Positions 1 to 10,100 of a stretch of 61,396 bases of DNA are shown one piece after another; positions within the stretch are counted from its first letter, which is position 1, and each line of letters opens with the position of its first letter. The translations under genes were made by a program, and so were the position numbers. This stretch comes from a virus. Its lineage: Duplodnaviria > Caudoviricetes. The notes beneath the pieces are model-generated. The model searched no databases and was not told where the DNA came from. It worked only from the letters and a program-made list of their open reading frames with translations. The stretch covers positions 1-61,396 of the IMG/VR virus record IMGVR_UViG_3300034121_001426; one strand, 5' to 3'.

Positions 1-3000
1 TATAGATATCACCGTTGCTGTCGATGGCCACACTGCTGTCGTCAGCACTGTCTGTGAGTCTCTGCCATGTGATGGTTCCCAATGGATCAAGTTTTGTGAT
101 TACAGTGTCGCCGTTGCCTTGATTTTCAAATGTCACAGCAACCACATTGCCGCTCACTGCCACACCCTTGGCATAGCAGTCATTGGTGTTGTTGTTGAGC
201 GCTCGTGTCCATTGATGTGTGCCTGCTGAGTTAAACTTGCTGACAACTGCACACCAAATGTCATTTAGAACAGGGCCGGCGGCTCCATCTCTGCTGATCA
301 TTTCACCAGCTGCATAGATGTTGTCGTTGGCGTCCACAGCCACACTCAAGTAGCGCTCGTTATCAAGCTCACCACCAGCACTCAGCACCTTGTTCCAACC
401 AGCCGTCCATACAAATGCCTCGCCTCCCAGATCGTAACCAACACTCCAGGTGCCTTCACCACCAAAATCAACTGCTTGATCAACAGTGAGCTTTCTCTTG
501 GCTGTTTGTACAGTGCCTGAAAACAGCAATCCACTTATTTCTCCGCTGCCTCCCACACTGGTAACTGTCACAGTCATGTCATTGGCTGGTGAGCTGCCTC
601 CCAGTGAGGTACCCAACACAGTGATGATGTCTCCTTGCACATAATTGCTGCCAGTGTTGAAGTTGGCAATGCTACCGCCTGCATAGTCTGTGTCATAGCT
701 AAAATCCACCTGAAAGCCTGCGCCCACTTGAGTGTTGATTCCGCTTACTCCGTTGTAGGTGGCAGGTGAACCACCTGCTGCTGTACCGCTCACAGCTATG
801 CTGAGCACTCCTGTGCCATCAACACTTTGCACAGTCACTGTGCAATCATTTGTGGGAGTGGCGCCTCCCAAGCTGGTGCCTGACACAAGAATCTTGTGCC
901 CCACTAGATAATCAACCCCTGCTGCGGCCACACCGCCAGCGCCGTAAGTTCCGTCGCCATTGTCTATGATGTTGAATTGTGCTCCACTGCCTTGTCGTGT
1001 GGCCCCAGTAATGGCATCATATTTGTTCACATCCGTGATGCTGGCTCTGCCTGTGACTCCTGTGCCAGTAACTGTCCAGGTATTTTGCACTGGGTAGACA
1101 GGGCTACCAGCTTCAATCTCAGCGTTGCTGACAATCAATATGTTGGTTGTACTGCCGCTTTGTGGAGTCACTGCTAGGCTGAAGTATTCATCATACTTGC
1201 GACCCACAACCACCACTGTGCCATCACTCAAGAAATCAAAGTCATAGGCATTTACTGTGTTGTTTTCGTTTTGATCCCTAAATCCAGTGCTGGTAACAAC
1301 TTGTGCTGTGTCCGGGTCAATCTCCACCAACAGTGCACCTGTTTCGCTGCCAAAGTATTCACACAGCACCATGATGTTGCGTGTACTGGGCAAAATCTTC
1401 ACTGCATTGCACCTGGTGTTGTTGGCATAGTCAAGGTCATATAGTGTGACACTCCACAAGATAGCTCCCTGACTATTGTAGCAAACCACAATGCCTTGAC
1501 TGTTGTTGTCATCTTGTCCCACTGCATATACATTGCCAGTTTCAGGATCCACACAGTTGGCTCGAAGCCAGATGTCATCATTGTTGTTGTTGGCAGGACC
1601 AAATATGCTGAACCAACCAATCTGTGTTTGCACCAAGCGTAGATCGCCATCGTTTGGCACAGTGACTGTGCCATCATTACCAAACACATAATCATAGCTG
1701 GCACTCTTGGCCACCTGTTGTGCCAGTTCTCCTGTTTCAAGAGATTTGGTTGTGGTTGTGACTACAATGCTGTTGGTGATATCAATAAACGTGAATGCAG
1801 CAGTGGTAAATTCTGGTACAGTGACAAATCTGCCAGGTATTCTGCTCTCTTTCACAGAGAACAGTTCGTTCCCACTGCCCAATGTGAGAGTTCTACCATC
1901 TTGGTCAATTTGAAAGGTAATGCTTTCGAAATATTGGTTGCCTGGTATGTTGTCATCGGTATCAAGTTGTTTGGCAGTGACCTGCACTGCCAGCTTGCCA
2001 TTGTTGTTGATACTGAGGAATCGGCCTCTGTTTTTGTTGTATGCATCGATACCAGGCGGTCCGTCCTCGTCCCTGCTGGGAATAAAATAGTAACCTTGAG
2101 CATCAATTTGACGCTGCCACAATGGTGTGCCACCTGGATTAAATTTGACCACAGCCAAAACATTCTTGCTGTTGAAAAAGTTGTCTATATCGCGCACAGG
2201 GTTATCTTGTGTGACCGTGAGAGCACTCAAATAGATGTTGCCTAGATTGTCGCAGTCTACACCTGTGCCCACACTAGCACAAGGTCCTGGACCGATTCTG
2301 CGCACCCACACAGATTCTCCTGTATTGTCTATCTTGATCAAATGACTGATGCTCACAGTTAGATCTTCCTCTTCATGCATGATGGTCTGCTGACTGTTGA
2401 AGCTCATGATTATGTTGCCCTGGGTGTCAACAGCCACATCTGCCCCAGAATAAGATATATCATCTTCTGGATCAAACAATATTTTGGTCCACACATGGCT
2501 GCCGTCACCCAGAATCCTGGTCACAAAGGCTGCATTGGGCAGATCATAGGGCGGCACGTCGCTCACCATCGCCCCACCCACCACAGCCATACTGCCATCT
2601 GGAGCCACATCCATACCAAACAGTGTGGTGGGAACATCCAGATTAAACTTTTGTGCCCACACCAATGATCCATCAGAGATGCTGATCTTCATGATCAAAG
2701 CCTCTCTGTCATCAAATGGTTCTTCCTCTGTGTTGAGAATGTATTCTCCTGCCACATAGATGTGTGTGCTGTCGCACATGACGCTGCCCAGCTCTTGAAA
2801 ACTCTGGCTGGGATCTTCTTCTGCTACCTGATAATCGCGCTGCCAGAGAATATTACCACTAGCATCCAGTTTGAGTAAAACAATGCTGTCAGGATCGTCT
2901 CCGTTGTCCACACTGGTGGCCACTACAATGTTGCCGGTGCTGTCAATGCACAAGTCATGCACCATATCTACATCCACATCTTCCACCAACTGCTGTTGCC

Positions 3001-3307
3001 ACAAGAGATCGAAGCTGCTGCCGAATTTGCTGATGATGAGAATGTCCTGGTAGTCATCAGTGGTGGGATTGTACACCTCACTCACATGCAGTGTGACCAT
3101 GTTGTTGGCGCTGTCGTAGGCCACAGCACTGCTTTCTACGCCATTGTCCTGGTTAGCTGCTCTGTTGACTATTGCAAAATAGTCAGCGTTGCCCACATTG
3201 ATGGTCACCCCGTCGGTGGCACCAATGGTGCGGTTCTCTATTTGAATGCTGCCAGGGGTGTTGCTGATTTTCATACCATCTTGAGTTTGAAACTGTTTGA
3301 GTGCCAT
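1..3307 (-). CDS. Large beta-propeller-repeat virion/tail-associated protein (3' end beyond window)
   Basis: Not in the ORF track. ATG at 3307 with upstream AAGGA: MALKQFQTQDGMKISNTPG. Frame spot-checked at ~1740 and at the window start (SVAIDSNGDIY, propeller-blade-like repeats). Confidence 0.7.
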   Translation of the reverse strand, partial: MALKQFQTQDGMKISNTPGSIQIENRTIGATDGVTINVGNADYFAIVNRAANQDNGVESSAVAYDSANNMVTLHVSEVYNPTTDDYQDILIISKFGSSFDLLWQQQLVEDVDVDMVHDLCIDSTGNIVVATSVDNGDDPDSIVLLKLDASGNILWQRDYQVAEEDPSQSFQELGSVMCDSTHIYVAGEYILNTEEEPFDDREALIMKISISDGSLVWAQKFNLDVPTTLFGMDVAPDGSMAVVGGAMVSDVPPYDLPNAAFVTRILGDGSHVWTKILFDPEDDISYSGADVAVDTQGNIIMSFNSQQTIMHEEEDLTVSISHLIKIDNTGESVWVRRIGPGPCASVGTGVDCDNLGNIYLSALTVTQDNPVRDIDNFFNSKNVLAVVKFNPGGTPLWQRQIDAQGYYFIPSRDEDGPPGIDAYNKNRGRFLSINNNGKLAVQVTAKQLDTDDNIPGNQYFESITFQIDQDGRTLTLGSGNELFSVKESRIPGRFVTVPEFTTAAFTFIDITNSIVVTTTTKSLETGELAQQVAKSASYDYVFGNDGTVTVPNDGDLRLVQTQIGWFSIFGPANNNNDDIWLRANCVDPETGNVYAVGQDDNNSQGIVVCYNSQGAILWSVTLYDLDYANNTRCNAVKILPSTRNIMVLCEYFGSETGALLVEIDPDTAQVVTSTGFRDQNENNTVNAYDFDFLSDGTVVVVGRKYDEYFSLAVTPQSGSTTNILIVSNAEIEAGSPVYPVQNTWTVTGTGVTGRASITDVNKYDAITGATRQGSGAQFNIIDNGDGTYGAGGVAAAGVDYLVGHKILVSGTSLGGATPTNDCTVTVQSVDGTGVLSIAVSGTAAGGSPATYNGVSGINTQVGAGFQVDFSYDTDYAGGSIANFNTGSNYVQGDIITVLGTSLGGSSPANDMTVTVTSVGGSGEISGLLFSGTVQTAKRKLTVDQAVDFGGEGTWSVGYDLGGEAFVWTAGWNKVLSAGGELDNERYLSVAVDANDNIYAAGEMISRDGAAGPVLNDIWCAVVSKFNSAGTHQWTRALNNNTNDCYAKGVAVSGNVVAVTFENQGNGDTVITKLDPLGTITWQRLTDSADDSSVAIDSNGDIY

Positions 3308-3317
3308 GCTTGGTTCC

Positions 3318-3821
3318 TTAGGATTCTATTTCTATACCAATTGAATTGACAGTTATTGAGTTGATGAGACTTGTGGGTTGAGCGGTTATTTCCAGCACTC
3401 CTCCAGTGACTTGTGCATCAAATGTCACCAAGGGGTTCACACTGGTGTAGGTCACACCATACACAGATGCCTCACCCAATCCAGAGCGAAGATTAACCAA
3501 GGCCATGATTTCAGCACTGTGGGTGTCGGGAAAGTCTACTACGCCAGTTTCGTATCCCACAGCTTGTAAAGTGACTTTGAGTGTTCGCACTTGGCTGCTG
3601 CTGGCTGTGTAAATAATTGTGGCTACACCTGGTGCACACACTGTGGTGGCCCCATTTGTTCCCCCAGATCCCCCAATGGAGATGCCGCCAGGTGTTTCAT
3701 CATTTCCAAATCGTAGTGTTTGTGTGCCTTCCTGGAACCATACTTCACCAATTCCTCCAGTGTATTCATCTGCATCTTGTTGAATTTCTTTGGTGATTAA
3801 TTTTCTAGTTCCGGATCTCAT
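3318..3821 (-). CDS. Virion structural protein (tail-fibre-associated)
   Basis: Likely start MRSGTRKL at 3821 with AAGGA RBS and TAAATA late promoter at ~3844-3849; TLRFGNDETPGG motif seen in phage fibre N-termini. Confidence 0.55.
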   Translation of the reverse strand: MRSGTRKLITKEIQQDADEYTGGIGEVWFQEGTQTLRFGNDETPGGISIGGSGGTNGATTVCAPGVATIIYTASSSQVRTLKVTLQAVGYETGVVDFPDTHSAEIMALVNLRSGLGEASVYGVTYTSVNPLVTFDAQVTGGVLEITAQPTSLINSITVNSIGIEIES

Positions 3822-3849
3822 GTGATTCCTTATGGCAATACCGTATTTA

Positions 3850-4205
3850 TGTAGTACCATTTCATCTAGGTAGGATGTCACAGTTCTCCCCGACATGGGG
3901 AGAATGATTCATCTGAGGCCATCAGTCACTATTCCAATCCTATCAGCAGGCGGGACACCTATGTTCCTGCATGGGATTCCTCACTCAACGCCCTGAATGC
4001 GTTTGTCCGGTTATTGCATTTTGTATGCAAAGCCCAGTGATTGGTGGGAATAGTGCATTCAATCACTGGTTAGAGATTTTCACTCTAATCCTTTGTGCTC
4101 AATTTTGTGACACAGGTGTTCATGAGCATGGAACCTGTATGCGTGATTGCCTGTCCTGTTCGACCGGATGCACGGGTGGATGCCACACCACCATATGAGA
4201 GTCAC
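3850..4205 (-). ncRNA. Candidate structured ncRNA (~350 nt)
   Basis: No credible ORF; multiple stems (3884-3904, 4034-4069, 4070-4088), 9-bp loop pairing 3927-3935/4047-4055, upstream TTGACT-N18-TATCAT. Confidence 0.5.
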
Positions 4206-4213
4206 TATGCTAT

Positions 4214-4243
4214 ATGATAAATTACCCACACAGTCACAGTCAA
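4214..4243 (-). promoter_or_regulatory. Sigma70-like promoter pointing into the 3850-4205 region
   Basis: TTGACT (4243-4238), N18, TATCAT (4219-4214). Confidence 0.55.
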
Positions 4244-4304
4244 TGAACCAGCAGAGATATCCTAAACAACCTAAATATTGCAAAATATAACCCAAGGTGC
4301 TCAA

Positions 4305-4937
4305 ATGAGTTTTGATTTTGATTTTACCCCTGAAAAATTGGCACATTGCATCAACAACAGCCACATCAACGAGTGGTATGAGCATATAGTTGCTGTGTTG
4401 CCTGACTATGAAATCAACACTGTGAATCGTGTTGCATGCTGGCTGGCTCAGATGGGTCATGAAAGTGGAGATTTCAAATTCACCAGTGAAAATCTCAACT
4501 ACAGTGCCAAAGGACTGCGCGGAGTGTTTGGAAAATATTTTCCCACAGATGAATTGGCTATGCAATATCAACGTCAACCAGAAAAAATTGCCAACAGAGT
4601 TTATGCAAACAGAATGGGCAATGGTGCTGAATCCAGTGGGGATGGCTGGAAATTCCGTGGACGTGGCATAATTCAGATTACAGGCAAGAGCAACTATACC
4701 ACTTGCAGTGAAACACTGTATGGAGATCCCAACATACTGTTGGACAATCCAGATATTCTTTGTGAAATGGATGGTGCAGTTCGCAGCGCCTGCTGGTTCT
4801 GGAACAGTCGTCATCTCAATGATTGGGCTGATTCACTGGATAATCTCACTGTCACCAAGAAGATTAATGGTGGAACTCACGGGTTGGCTGATCGAGACCA
4901 ACGTCTACAGAAAAATCTAACAATCTTACAGGGATAA
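4305..4937 (+). CDS. Glycoside hydrolase family 19 endolysin
   Basis: AQMGHESG, ENLNYSA, GDGWKFRGRGIIQITG, TKKINGG motifs; TAAATA upstream. Confidence 0.92.
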   Translation: MSFDFDFTPEKLAHCINNSHINEWYEHIVAVLPDYEINTVNRVACWLAQMGHESGDFKFTSENLNYSAKGLRGVFGKYFPTDELAMQYQRQPEKIANRVYANRMGNGAESSGDGWKFRGRGIIQITGKSNYTTCSETLYGDPNILLDNPDILCEMDGAVRSACWFWNSRHLNDWADSLDNLTVTKKINGGTHGLADRDQRLQKNLTILQG

Positions 4938-4941
4938 CAGC

Positions 4942-5532
4942 ATGTTTAGTGGCATCATGAGCAAGGTTGTGTTGATTCAATTTGCGGTGATAGTGTGTAT
5001 GGTGGGTCTTGGCTATATGTATTATACCCACAGCCAAGACACCATCCAAAAACTCAACCAAAACAACGCCAAATTGGAAACCGCTATACAAATGCAGGAA
5101 CAGACTATTGCTGCACAAAAAGATGCTGTACAAAAGCAAAATGCAGCCATGTTTGTTCTGCAACAACGCCTGAGTGATGCAGAAATCAAAAGAAAAGATC
5201 TGGAGGCCAGATTGCGTCGTGCTGATCTGCAGGCCATGGCTAGAAACAATGCTGCTGATCTAGAAGCTAGAATCAATAGAGCAACTGTGCAGGCATTCAG
5301 AGACATTGAAACAGTGACTGCTCCCAAAGATAGGCTTGCTCCACCAGCTGCTCCTGAAACCAGTGTGGACGTAAGCAGTGTCAACAAACCTGCACTGGTT
5401 GCCAACATTGTTGCCAACAGTAACCGTATTGCCAACCCCGCCAGCAAATCCACTGCATCCGCCACAACCAATCCCAGCAATAGTCCACATCCACCGCCCA
5501 GACCCCCGCAAAGAGCAGGAGCCCCACAATGA
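4942..5532 (+). CDS. Inner-membrane spanin (Rz-like)
   Basis: N-terminal TM helix, long coiled coil, follows the endolysin. Confidence 0.7.
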   Translation: MFSGIMSKVVLIQFAVIVCMVGLGYMYYTHSQDTIQKLNQNNAKLETAIQMQEQTIAAQKDAVQKQNAAMFVLQQRLSDAEIKRKDLEARLRRADLQAMARNNAADLEARINRATVQAFRDIETVTAPKDRLAPPAAPETSVDVSSVNKPALVANIVANSNRIANPASKSTASATTNPSNSPHPPPRPPQRAGAPQ

Positions 5533-5909
5533 GAATTTTCACAACTCTAGCGTGTTGTTTGTTTTTGGTTGCCTGTGGGCAAGTGTCAGGTATTAGTGTC
5601 ACCACCCGCCCTTTGGATATAGATATTGCTCGCACAGCAGACCCCACTGGTGTTACCATGTTGCCTGTGCAATTCAAAGTCATCAACAAAGACAATCTGG
5701 AGAACTTTCTTTCAGATTTGCGCACCAATCAGGGTGGCAACAATCCAGTTTTCTTTTCCATTACCACCAGGGATTATGAAAACATGGCACTCAATTTGGC
5801 TGACATGCGCAGATACATTGAGCAACAGCAGAGTATTATCATTTACTATAGGAGTCTCACCAGCAAACACAACGAGCAATTGTCAGGCGCACACAACGCC
5901 AATAAGTAA
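5529..5909 (+). CDS. Outer-membrane spanin lipoprotein (Rz1-like)
   Basis: Lipobox LVAC; 4-bp overlap with the i-spanin. Confidence 0.7.
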   Translation: MRIFTTLACCLFLVACGQVSGISVTTRPLDIDIARTADPTGVTMLPVQFKVINKDNLENFLSDLRTNQGGNNPVFFSITTRDYENMALNLADMRRYIEQQQSIIIYYRSLTSKHNEQLSGAHNANK

Positions 5910-5969
5910 TTGGGTTATCAGACTCATGGTTGGTTTTAAATATGTGGATATAATCAAGGATGAATACCC

Positions 5970-6476
5970 ATGCCAGCAAATGATCTCGATAATGAAGATG
6001 ATCCTCCCATGCACCCCAAGGCAGACATGGTCCTTGCGACACCAGTTGTTTCTCCTCCCAAATTGCCTCCAGCCAAGCCACCTGTGAACAATGTGGTTAC
6101 TCCCAGTGCGCCTGAGCCCAACACACCTCCACCATCACAAGTTTTCCAACAGATGATGATGAATCAAGCAGCCAATCCTCAACAAGAAGACCATTGGGTC
6201 AAAAGTTACTGGAGGCCCGCTGCTGCATGGTTGTACATGTTGATATGTCTTGTGGATTTTGTAATATTTCCTGCACTGACCATGGTATTGCCTGCTATTC
6301 TCAAGGGGTTTGGAGTGGCTATTGCATATATCCCCTGGCAGAGTCTCAGTTTACAGAATGGTGGACTTATCCATTTAAGCTTTGCGGCCATCCTGGGTGT
6401 GGCAGCCTGGACCAGAGGCAATGAAAAAATAGCCAAGGTAAACTATCCCAGGCCCATGGTGGATAAAAGACAGTAA
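5970..6476 (+). CDS. Putative holin (3TM/GTA-type family)
   Basis: WRPAAAWLYMLICLVDFVIFP and LHLSFAAILG-like TM segments ending RGNEK; in lysis cassette. Confidence 0.65.
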   Translation: MPANDLDNEDDPPMHPKADMVLATPVVSPPKLPPAKPPVNNVVTPSAPEPNTPPPSQVFQQMMMNQAANPQQEDHWVKSYWRPAAAWLYMLICLVDFVIFPALTMVLPAILKGFGVAIAYIPWQSLSLQNGGLIHLSFAAILGVAAWTRGNEKIAKVNYPRPMVDKRQ

Positions 6477-6663
6477 ATTCAAAGGTCACAAATTTTGGAT
6501 CAAAGATGGGGAGATTAAACGCTCTCCAGAGTATCCTGAAGAAGGATGGCTGTCAGGATCTACAAGTAAGGGAAGGCGTGGCTGGATCAAAGATGGACAA
6601 GTGAAATACTCCCTTGAATGCCCTGGGCTAGGATGGGTAAGGAAGGAGTGGCACACCTACTAA
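6454..6663 (+). pseudogene. C-terminal remnant of a homing endonuclease
   Basis: Startless frame PWWIKDS...FWIKDG...WIKDGQVKYSLECPGLGWVRK matches the WW(N/T)(D/N)G...CPGDGW tails of the HEGs at 32222 and 42296. Confidence 0.65.
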
Positions 6664-6755
6664 CAACTTGAGATAGATTAAAAACTATAAACAAAAATTT
6701 AGCTTTGTGTCCCCATTGGCAGCATGGGAGAGAGGATAACTCTCCCCACTGTTGG

Positions 6756-7334
6756 TTAAAATGTTCTTTTGATAGAATCTGCAATACCATGCTCTACTGC
6801 CTCTTCAGCACTTAACCACACGTCTTGCGCAGGAAGTAAAAGCTCTTTAATTTTACTTTCACTTAAACCCGTGCAATGTTTGTACAATCCCATCATCCGT
6901 TGACTAGTAAGTTCGAACTCCTTAACACGTGACAGTAGTTCGTGCTCCTTCCCATATGATCCCCAGCTATACTGATGGGAAAGTATGCTAGTCATGGGGG
7001 TGATCACTCTAAAACCTTTATGACCTGCGATAAAAGTCAACAGCCCACATGATGAGATCTGCCCCAGTCCCAGAGTATGGATGGGAACAGCACTGCCCTT
7101 GATGATGTCAATAAGAGCAAATGCACTATTTAAATCACCCCCAGGGCTATTGATTATGAGAGTTAAATGATCAGGTCTTTTGTCAGCTGGCAGCAGGTTG
7201 TTTTGGAGGATCCATTCCACAACAGGCTTGACTGACTTGCTGGTGAAATCATCAAAAAACACATAAACATTTTGAGATTCCAGGCTGGGCAAAGCAGGTG
7301 CACTCTTGCTATCACTACGTGAATTATTGGTCAT
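6756..7334 (-). CDS. clpP: ClpP-like ATP-dependent protease proteolytic subunit
   Basis: INSPGG, GLGQISSCG (Ser), LSHQ (His), WLSAEEAVEHGIAD. Confidence 0.85.
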   Translation of the reverse strand: MTNNSRSDSKSAPALPSLESQNVYVFFDDFTSKSVKPVVEWILQNNLLPADKRPDHLTLIINSPGGDLNSAFALIDIIKGSAVPIHTLGLGQISSCGLLTFIAGHKGFRVITPMTSILSHQYSWGSYGKEHELLSRVKEFELTSQRMMGLYKHCTGLSESKIKELLLPAQDVWLSAEEAVEHGIADSIKRTF

Positions 7335-7400
7335 AAAAAATTCCTGTAAGGTGTTTATCGGGTTTAGTATAACCATCAACTGTATTATATGTCTAGATGT

Positions 7401-7820
7401 TCAGCTGCCTATGCCCAGCACAAAACAACCAGGAGTAGCTTCACGGAAGCCTTCCAGGAACAGATCTTCCATGTCATGCCCCCAAATGCCATGAGGGCCT
7501 TGGCTCACACTACGGTTGAGCATACCAGGAATATGGCCAGGATCGCCCACAGCCTGCTCTTCCTCAGCATAGATTTTCGCATATCCTTCATACACCGCCT
7601 GGAAAAAGACATAGCAGGTGAACCCACCCTCATGAAAAAACTCACGAGTCACGGGCTGGCTGAGAGGATAGTCAAAGGTGATGCTGATGCGTTCCAGCTC
7701 AGTTATCAGCCTATTGCCTCCCACAATATCCTCAGGCTTGACATCAGGAAAGTCGCACACACGAGGGCAAGCTTCATAACCATCAGCCTCGCGAATATCA
7801 AAGCTCTGGATGGGATTCAT
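7401..7820 (-). CDS. Hypothetical protein
   Basis: 139-aa ORF with phage-like codon usage; GPHGIWGHDMEDLFLEG motif. Confidence 0.65.
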   Translation of the reverse strand: MNPIQSFDIREADGYEACPRVCDFPDVKPEDIVGGNRLITELERISITFDYPLSQPVTREFFHEGGFTCYVFFQAVYEGYAKIYAEEEQAVGDPGHIPGMLNRSVSQGPHGIWGHDMEDLFLEGFREATPGCFVLGIGS

Positions 7821-7963
7821 GATTGTGGGTATCCTTGTTTGCGATCATACGATTGCGAATAAGATCTACACTATCCAGCCAAATCTGGGCGATGAGTGGA
7901 TAGCGATCTATCAGCTTGAGAGCCATTTCCTCAGCATGAGCCAGCTTGCGCTGATCGTTCCAG

Positions 7964-8110
7964 TCAGCCACGATCCTGGCGCCCCTTGCGGGTATAGATC
8001 TTGCGATTACGCACCACACGCGGCTTGAAGCGGTTGTCCTGGAACAGTTCCAGGGCGCGGCGGGCGCGCACAGGCGGGGCCACAGCCACAATCTTCTCAA
8101 TCTTGCTCAT
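7964..8110 (-). CDS. Small basic protein, ArfA-like motif
   Basis: CAGGAG RBS, early promoter upstream; LFQDNRFKPRVVRNRKIYTRKGR. Confidence 0.5.
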   Translation of the reverse strand: MSKIEKIVAVAPPVRARRALELFQDNRFKPRVVRNRKIYTRKGRQDRG

Positions 8111-8137
8111 GGTGTTACTCCTGTTTGCCATGCCATA

Positions 8138-8166
8138 CTTATAGCACAAGCTGAAGAAATGTCAAC
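8138..8166 (-). promoter_or_regulatory. Sigma70-like early promoter (representative of more than 12 copies)
   Basis: TTGACA-N17-TATAAG with TGC extension; similar at ~8693, 14098, 14506, 14788, 19718, 20274, 20673, 31613, 32129, 35136, 51970, 52200. Confidence 0.8.
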
Positions 8167-8388
8167 CACTTTTTCACATGCAACTGTTGCGCACTCGTTG
8201 ATTCATGGCATTCAGCCTCACAAGTGCAATTCGCAGCCACCAAAACCAACCAGTTGCACGCTGACGGCAAACACAGGGCTTGCCATGGTCATACAAACAG
8301 GCCCGAATTGTGGCGGCATGGCGCACACACTGTTCACCCGCAGCCAACTCTTCTATGCGATCACCCAGCTTCTTGCTCATGATATCTC

Positions 8389-8670
8389 TCAATAATAATG
8401 GCGGCGAGTGTCATCGCAGTTGAGGAAGCGCAGCTCATAGGGCAACATGCTGCCATCATCACCCATCCGGATGGCTGGCAGATGACCCTTGGGCACTTCA
8501 TACGCATGAAGGTGCCTGTATCCCTTGTAGCAACCAGCTTGATGCAGCATATTTTCCAAAACCACGATCATACCCTTGCGGGTGTCAGCACTGGTGGTGC
8601 TCTCTGCCAACGCCTTGTTGATGCTGGCAACCATGGTGGCTATTTCAAAAGTTTTGCGGGCCATGTTCAC
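8389..8670 (-). CDS. Hypothetical early protein
   Basis: AAGGAG RBS and own early promoter. Confidence 0.7.
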   Translation of the reverse strand: MNMARKTFEIATMVASINKALAESTTSADTRKGMIVVLENMLHQAGCYKGYRHLHAYEVPKGHLPAIRMGDDGSMLPYELRFLNCDDTRRHYY

Positions 8671-8737
8671 GCTCCTTGTTCAACAACGCCAATATAGCAT
8701 GGCAGGGCAGAGTTGTCAACCAAAATCTTCCACAACA

Positions 8738-8998
8738 TCAAGATTGAGGATCTTGGCATTCCTTGAGAAGGGAGTTCACCAGATCCTGCGCACTGGCAAA
8801 TGCCAAGGTCTCAGATATGGTGCCATGGCACGTGGCATACATGATGGGCGCTTCCACCCGATCGAACCGCCATGCGGCATTCTCCCCGCGCAACCAATGG
8901 AACACACCCTCGGCAAACTGTGCCTGCATGCGCTCGCGGGCATGGATCTCGGATTGTGTCCAATGGACGAGACCATTGATGTTGTATAGCGGCTTCAT
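8738..8998 (-). pseudogene. Truncated N-terminus of a phage class II aaRS-like (GlyRS-like) protein
   Basis: LYNINGLVHW...ENAAWRFDRVEAPIM resembles the N-terminus of that family from recall, then ends after 86 aa. Confidence 0.35.
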
Positions 8999-9254
8999 CT
9001 GTCATTCCTCGATTGATCCAGCATTAAAGCATTGATTTGCTTTGGTGTCAATTTTACTTACCACGCTCTCAATATTTTTGATATTGGTGAGCACTTCGTT
9101 TCGCAGAGAGAACAACTCTGCTCTTATGTTCTTGTCCATACTACCTCCTCCACATCAACAAGAACTGCTCTTGCTGAATCCTCTGGACTGATGTATGTGG
9201 CAAGATAATTTTTCTCTAAATATCACACCAACATTTGATACCAGGAGGTGCAGG

Positions 9255-9416
9255 ATGCTTTATTATGTGATCAGAATCCTCACTCCTGATCAACAGCAGG
9301 AAACCAAGGTGTTGATATTGAACAGCCACAAAAATCTCATGGATCAGGTGATAGCAAGATTGGGCAACAATTTCACCATCATCAGCATCCAAGTGTTGGG
9401 TATAGATTGGCCATGA
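9255..9416 (+). CDS. Small late protein
   Basis: TAAATA at ~9217, AGGAGG RBS. Confidence 0.55.
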   Translation: MLYYVIRILTPDQQQETKVLILNSHKNLMDQVIARLGNNFTIISIQVLGIDWP

Positions 9417-9419
9417 GAA

Positions 9420-9446
9420 AAGGGTGGTGAATTATTCACCACCCTT
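9420..9446. terminator. Bidirectional hairpin terminator
   Basis: aagggtggtgaat-t-attcaccaccctt perfect inverted repeat between convergent genes. Confidence 0.75.
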
Positions 9447-9466
9447 GACTGTGTGGGCTGGGAGTC

Positions 9467-10018
9467 TTACTGGAAGTCCCGGAACACCCTGTTGCTGATG
9501 GCCTGGTAAAAACCACCCAGACGGTTGTAGATTTCCTCGCAAGCCCGGCGAACAGGATAGTTGATCACAGTCCACAGCATGCTGGCCGGCCACAGTGCCA
9601 TCCAACCGATCACTCGGCTCTTGTGGTCGCTCACCTCAGGTGGAAAGTTGCCCCTAATACCAGAATTCCTCAAAAGCCGCGTCACATCCTGGTTCGCCCA
9701 CTCTGGGTGTTCCTTGCGGATTGCCTCCATGCAGCGCCTAATCTTGAGCAGATAGCTATACCACTTGACCAGGCTCCATGCTGCACCTGCTGCAAAATAA
9801 CCAGCCAACACCAGCACTGTGTCCCAGGGGTGCGCCATGATCCAGGTGATGGGATTGACGCCACCAAACACTGCCAGTACAGCCATGGTCACCACGGCTA
9901 GGATGGTTGCCCAACCTGGAGCATCATTGTCCAGCAGTTCGCTCATGAGCACACTGCTCCCCACCAACAGCAGCCAGAATCCCCAGGCACCAAAGGCCAA
10001 AAATTCCAATACAAACAT
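9467..10018 (-). CDS. Membrane protein
   Basis: Three to four hydrophobic helices. Confidence 0.75.
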   Translation of the reverse strand: MFVLEFLAFGAWGFWLLLVGSSVLMSELLDNDAPGWATILAVVTMAVLAVFGGVNPITWIMAHPWDTVLVLAGYFAAGAAWSLVKWYSYLLKIRRCMEAIRKEHPEWANQDVTRLLRNSGIRGNFPPEVSDHKSRVIGWMALWPASMLWTVINYPVRRACEEIYNRLGGFYQAISNRVFRDFQ

Positions 10019-10048
10019 TGTTATCTCTTTCTTTTGTTGATTGTTTAC

Positions 10049-10079
10049 AAAAAAGGGCGGGTCTTGTGAGCCCGCCCTG
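10049..10079 (-). terminator. Rho-independent terminator after rIIB
   Basis: gggcggg/cccgccc stem with U-tract on the minus strand. Confidence 0.75.
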
Positions 10080-10100
10080 TTGTATGGTCAGCTACAATTT

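Noticed and set aside
977-3349. Plus-strand ORFs in the track, and long antisense ORFs such as 22084-23397, 33432-34760 and 12626-13648
   Set aside because: Shadows of well-supported minus-strand genes
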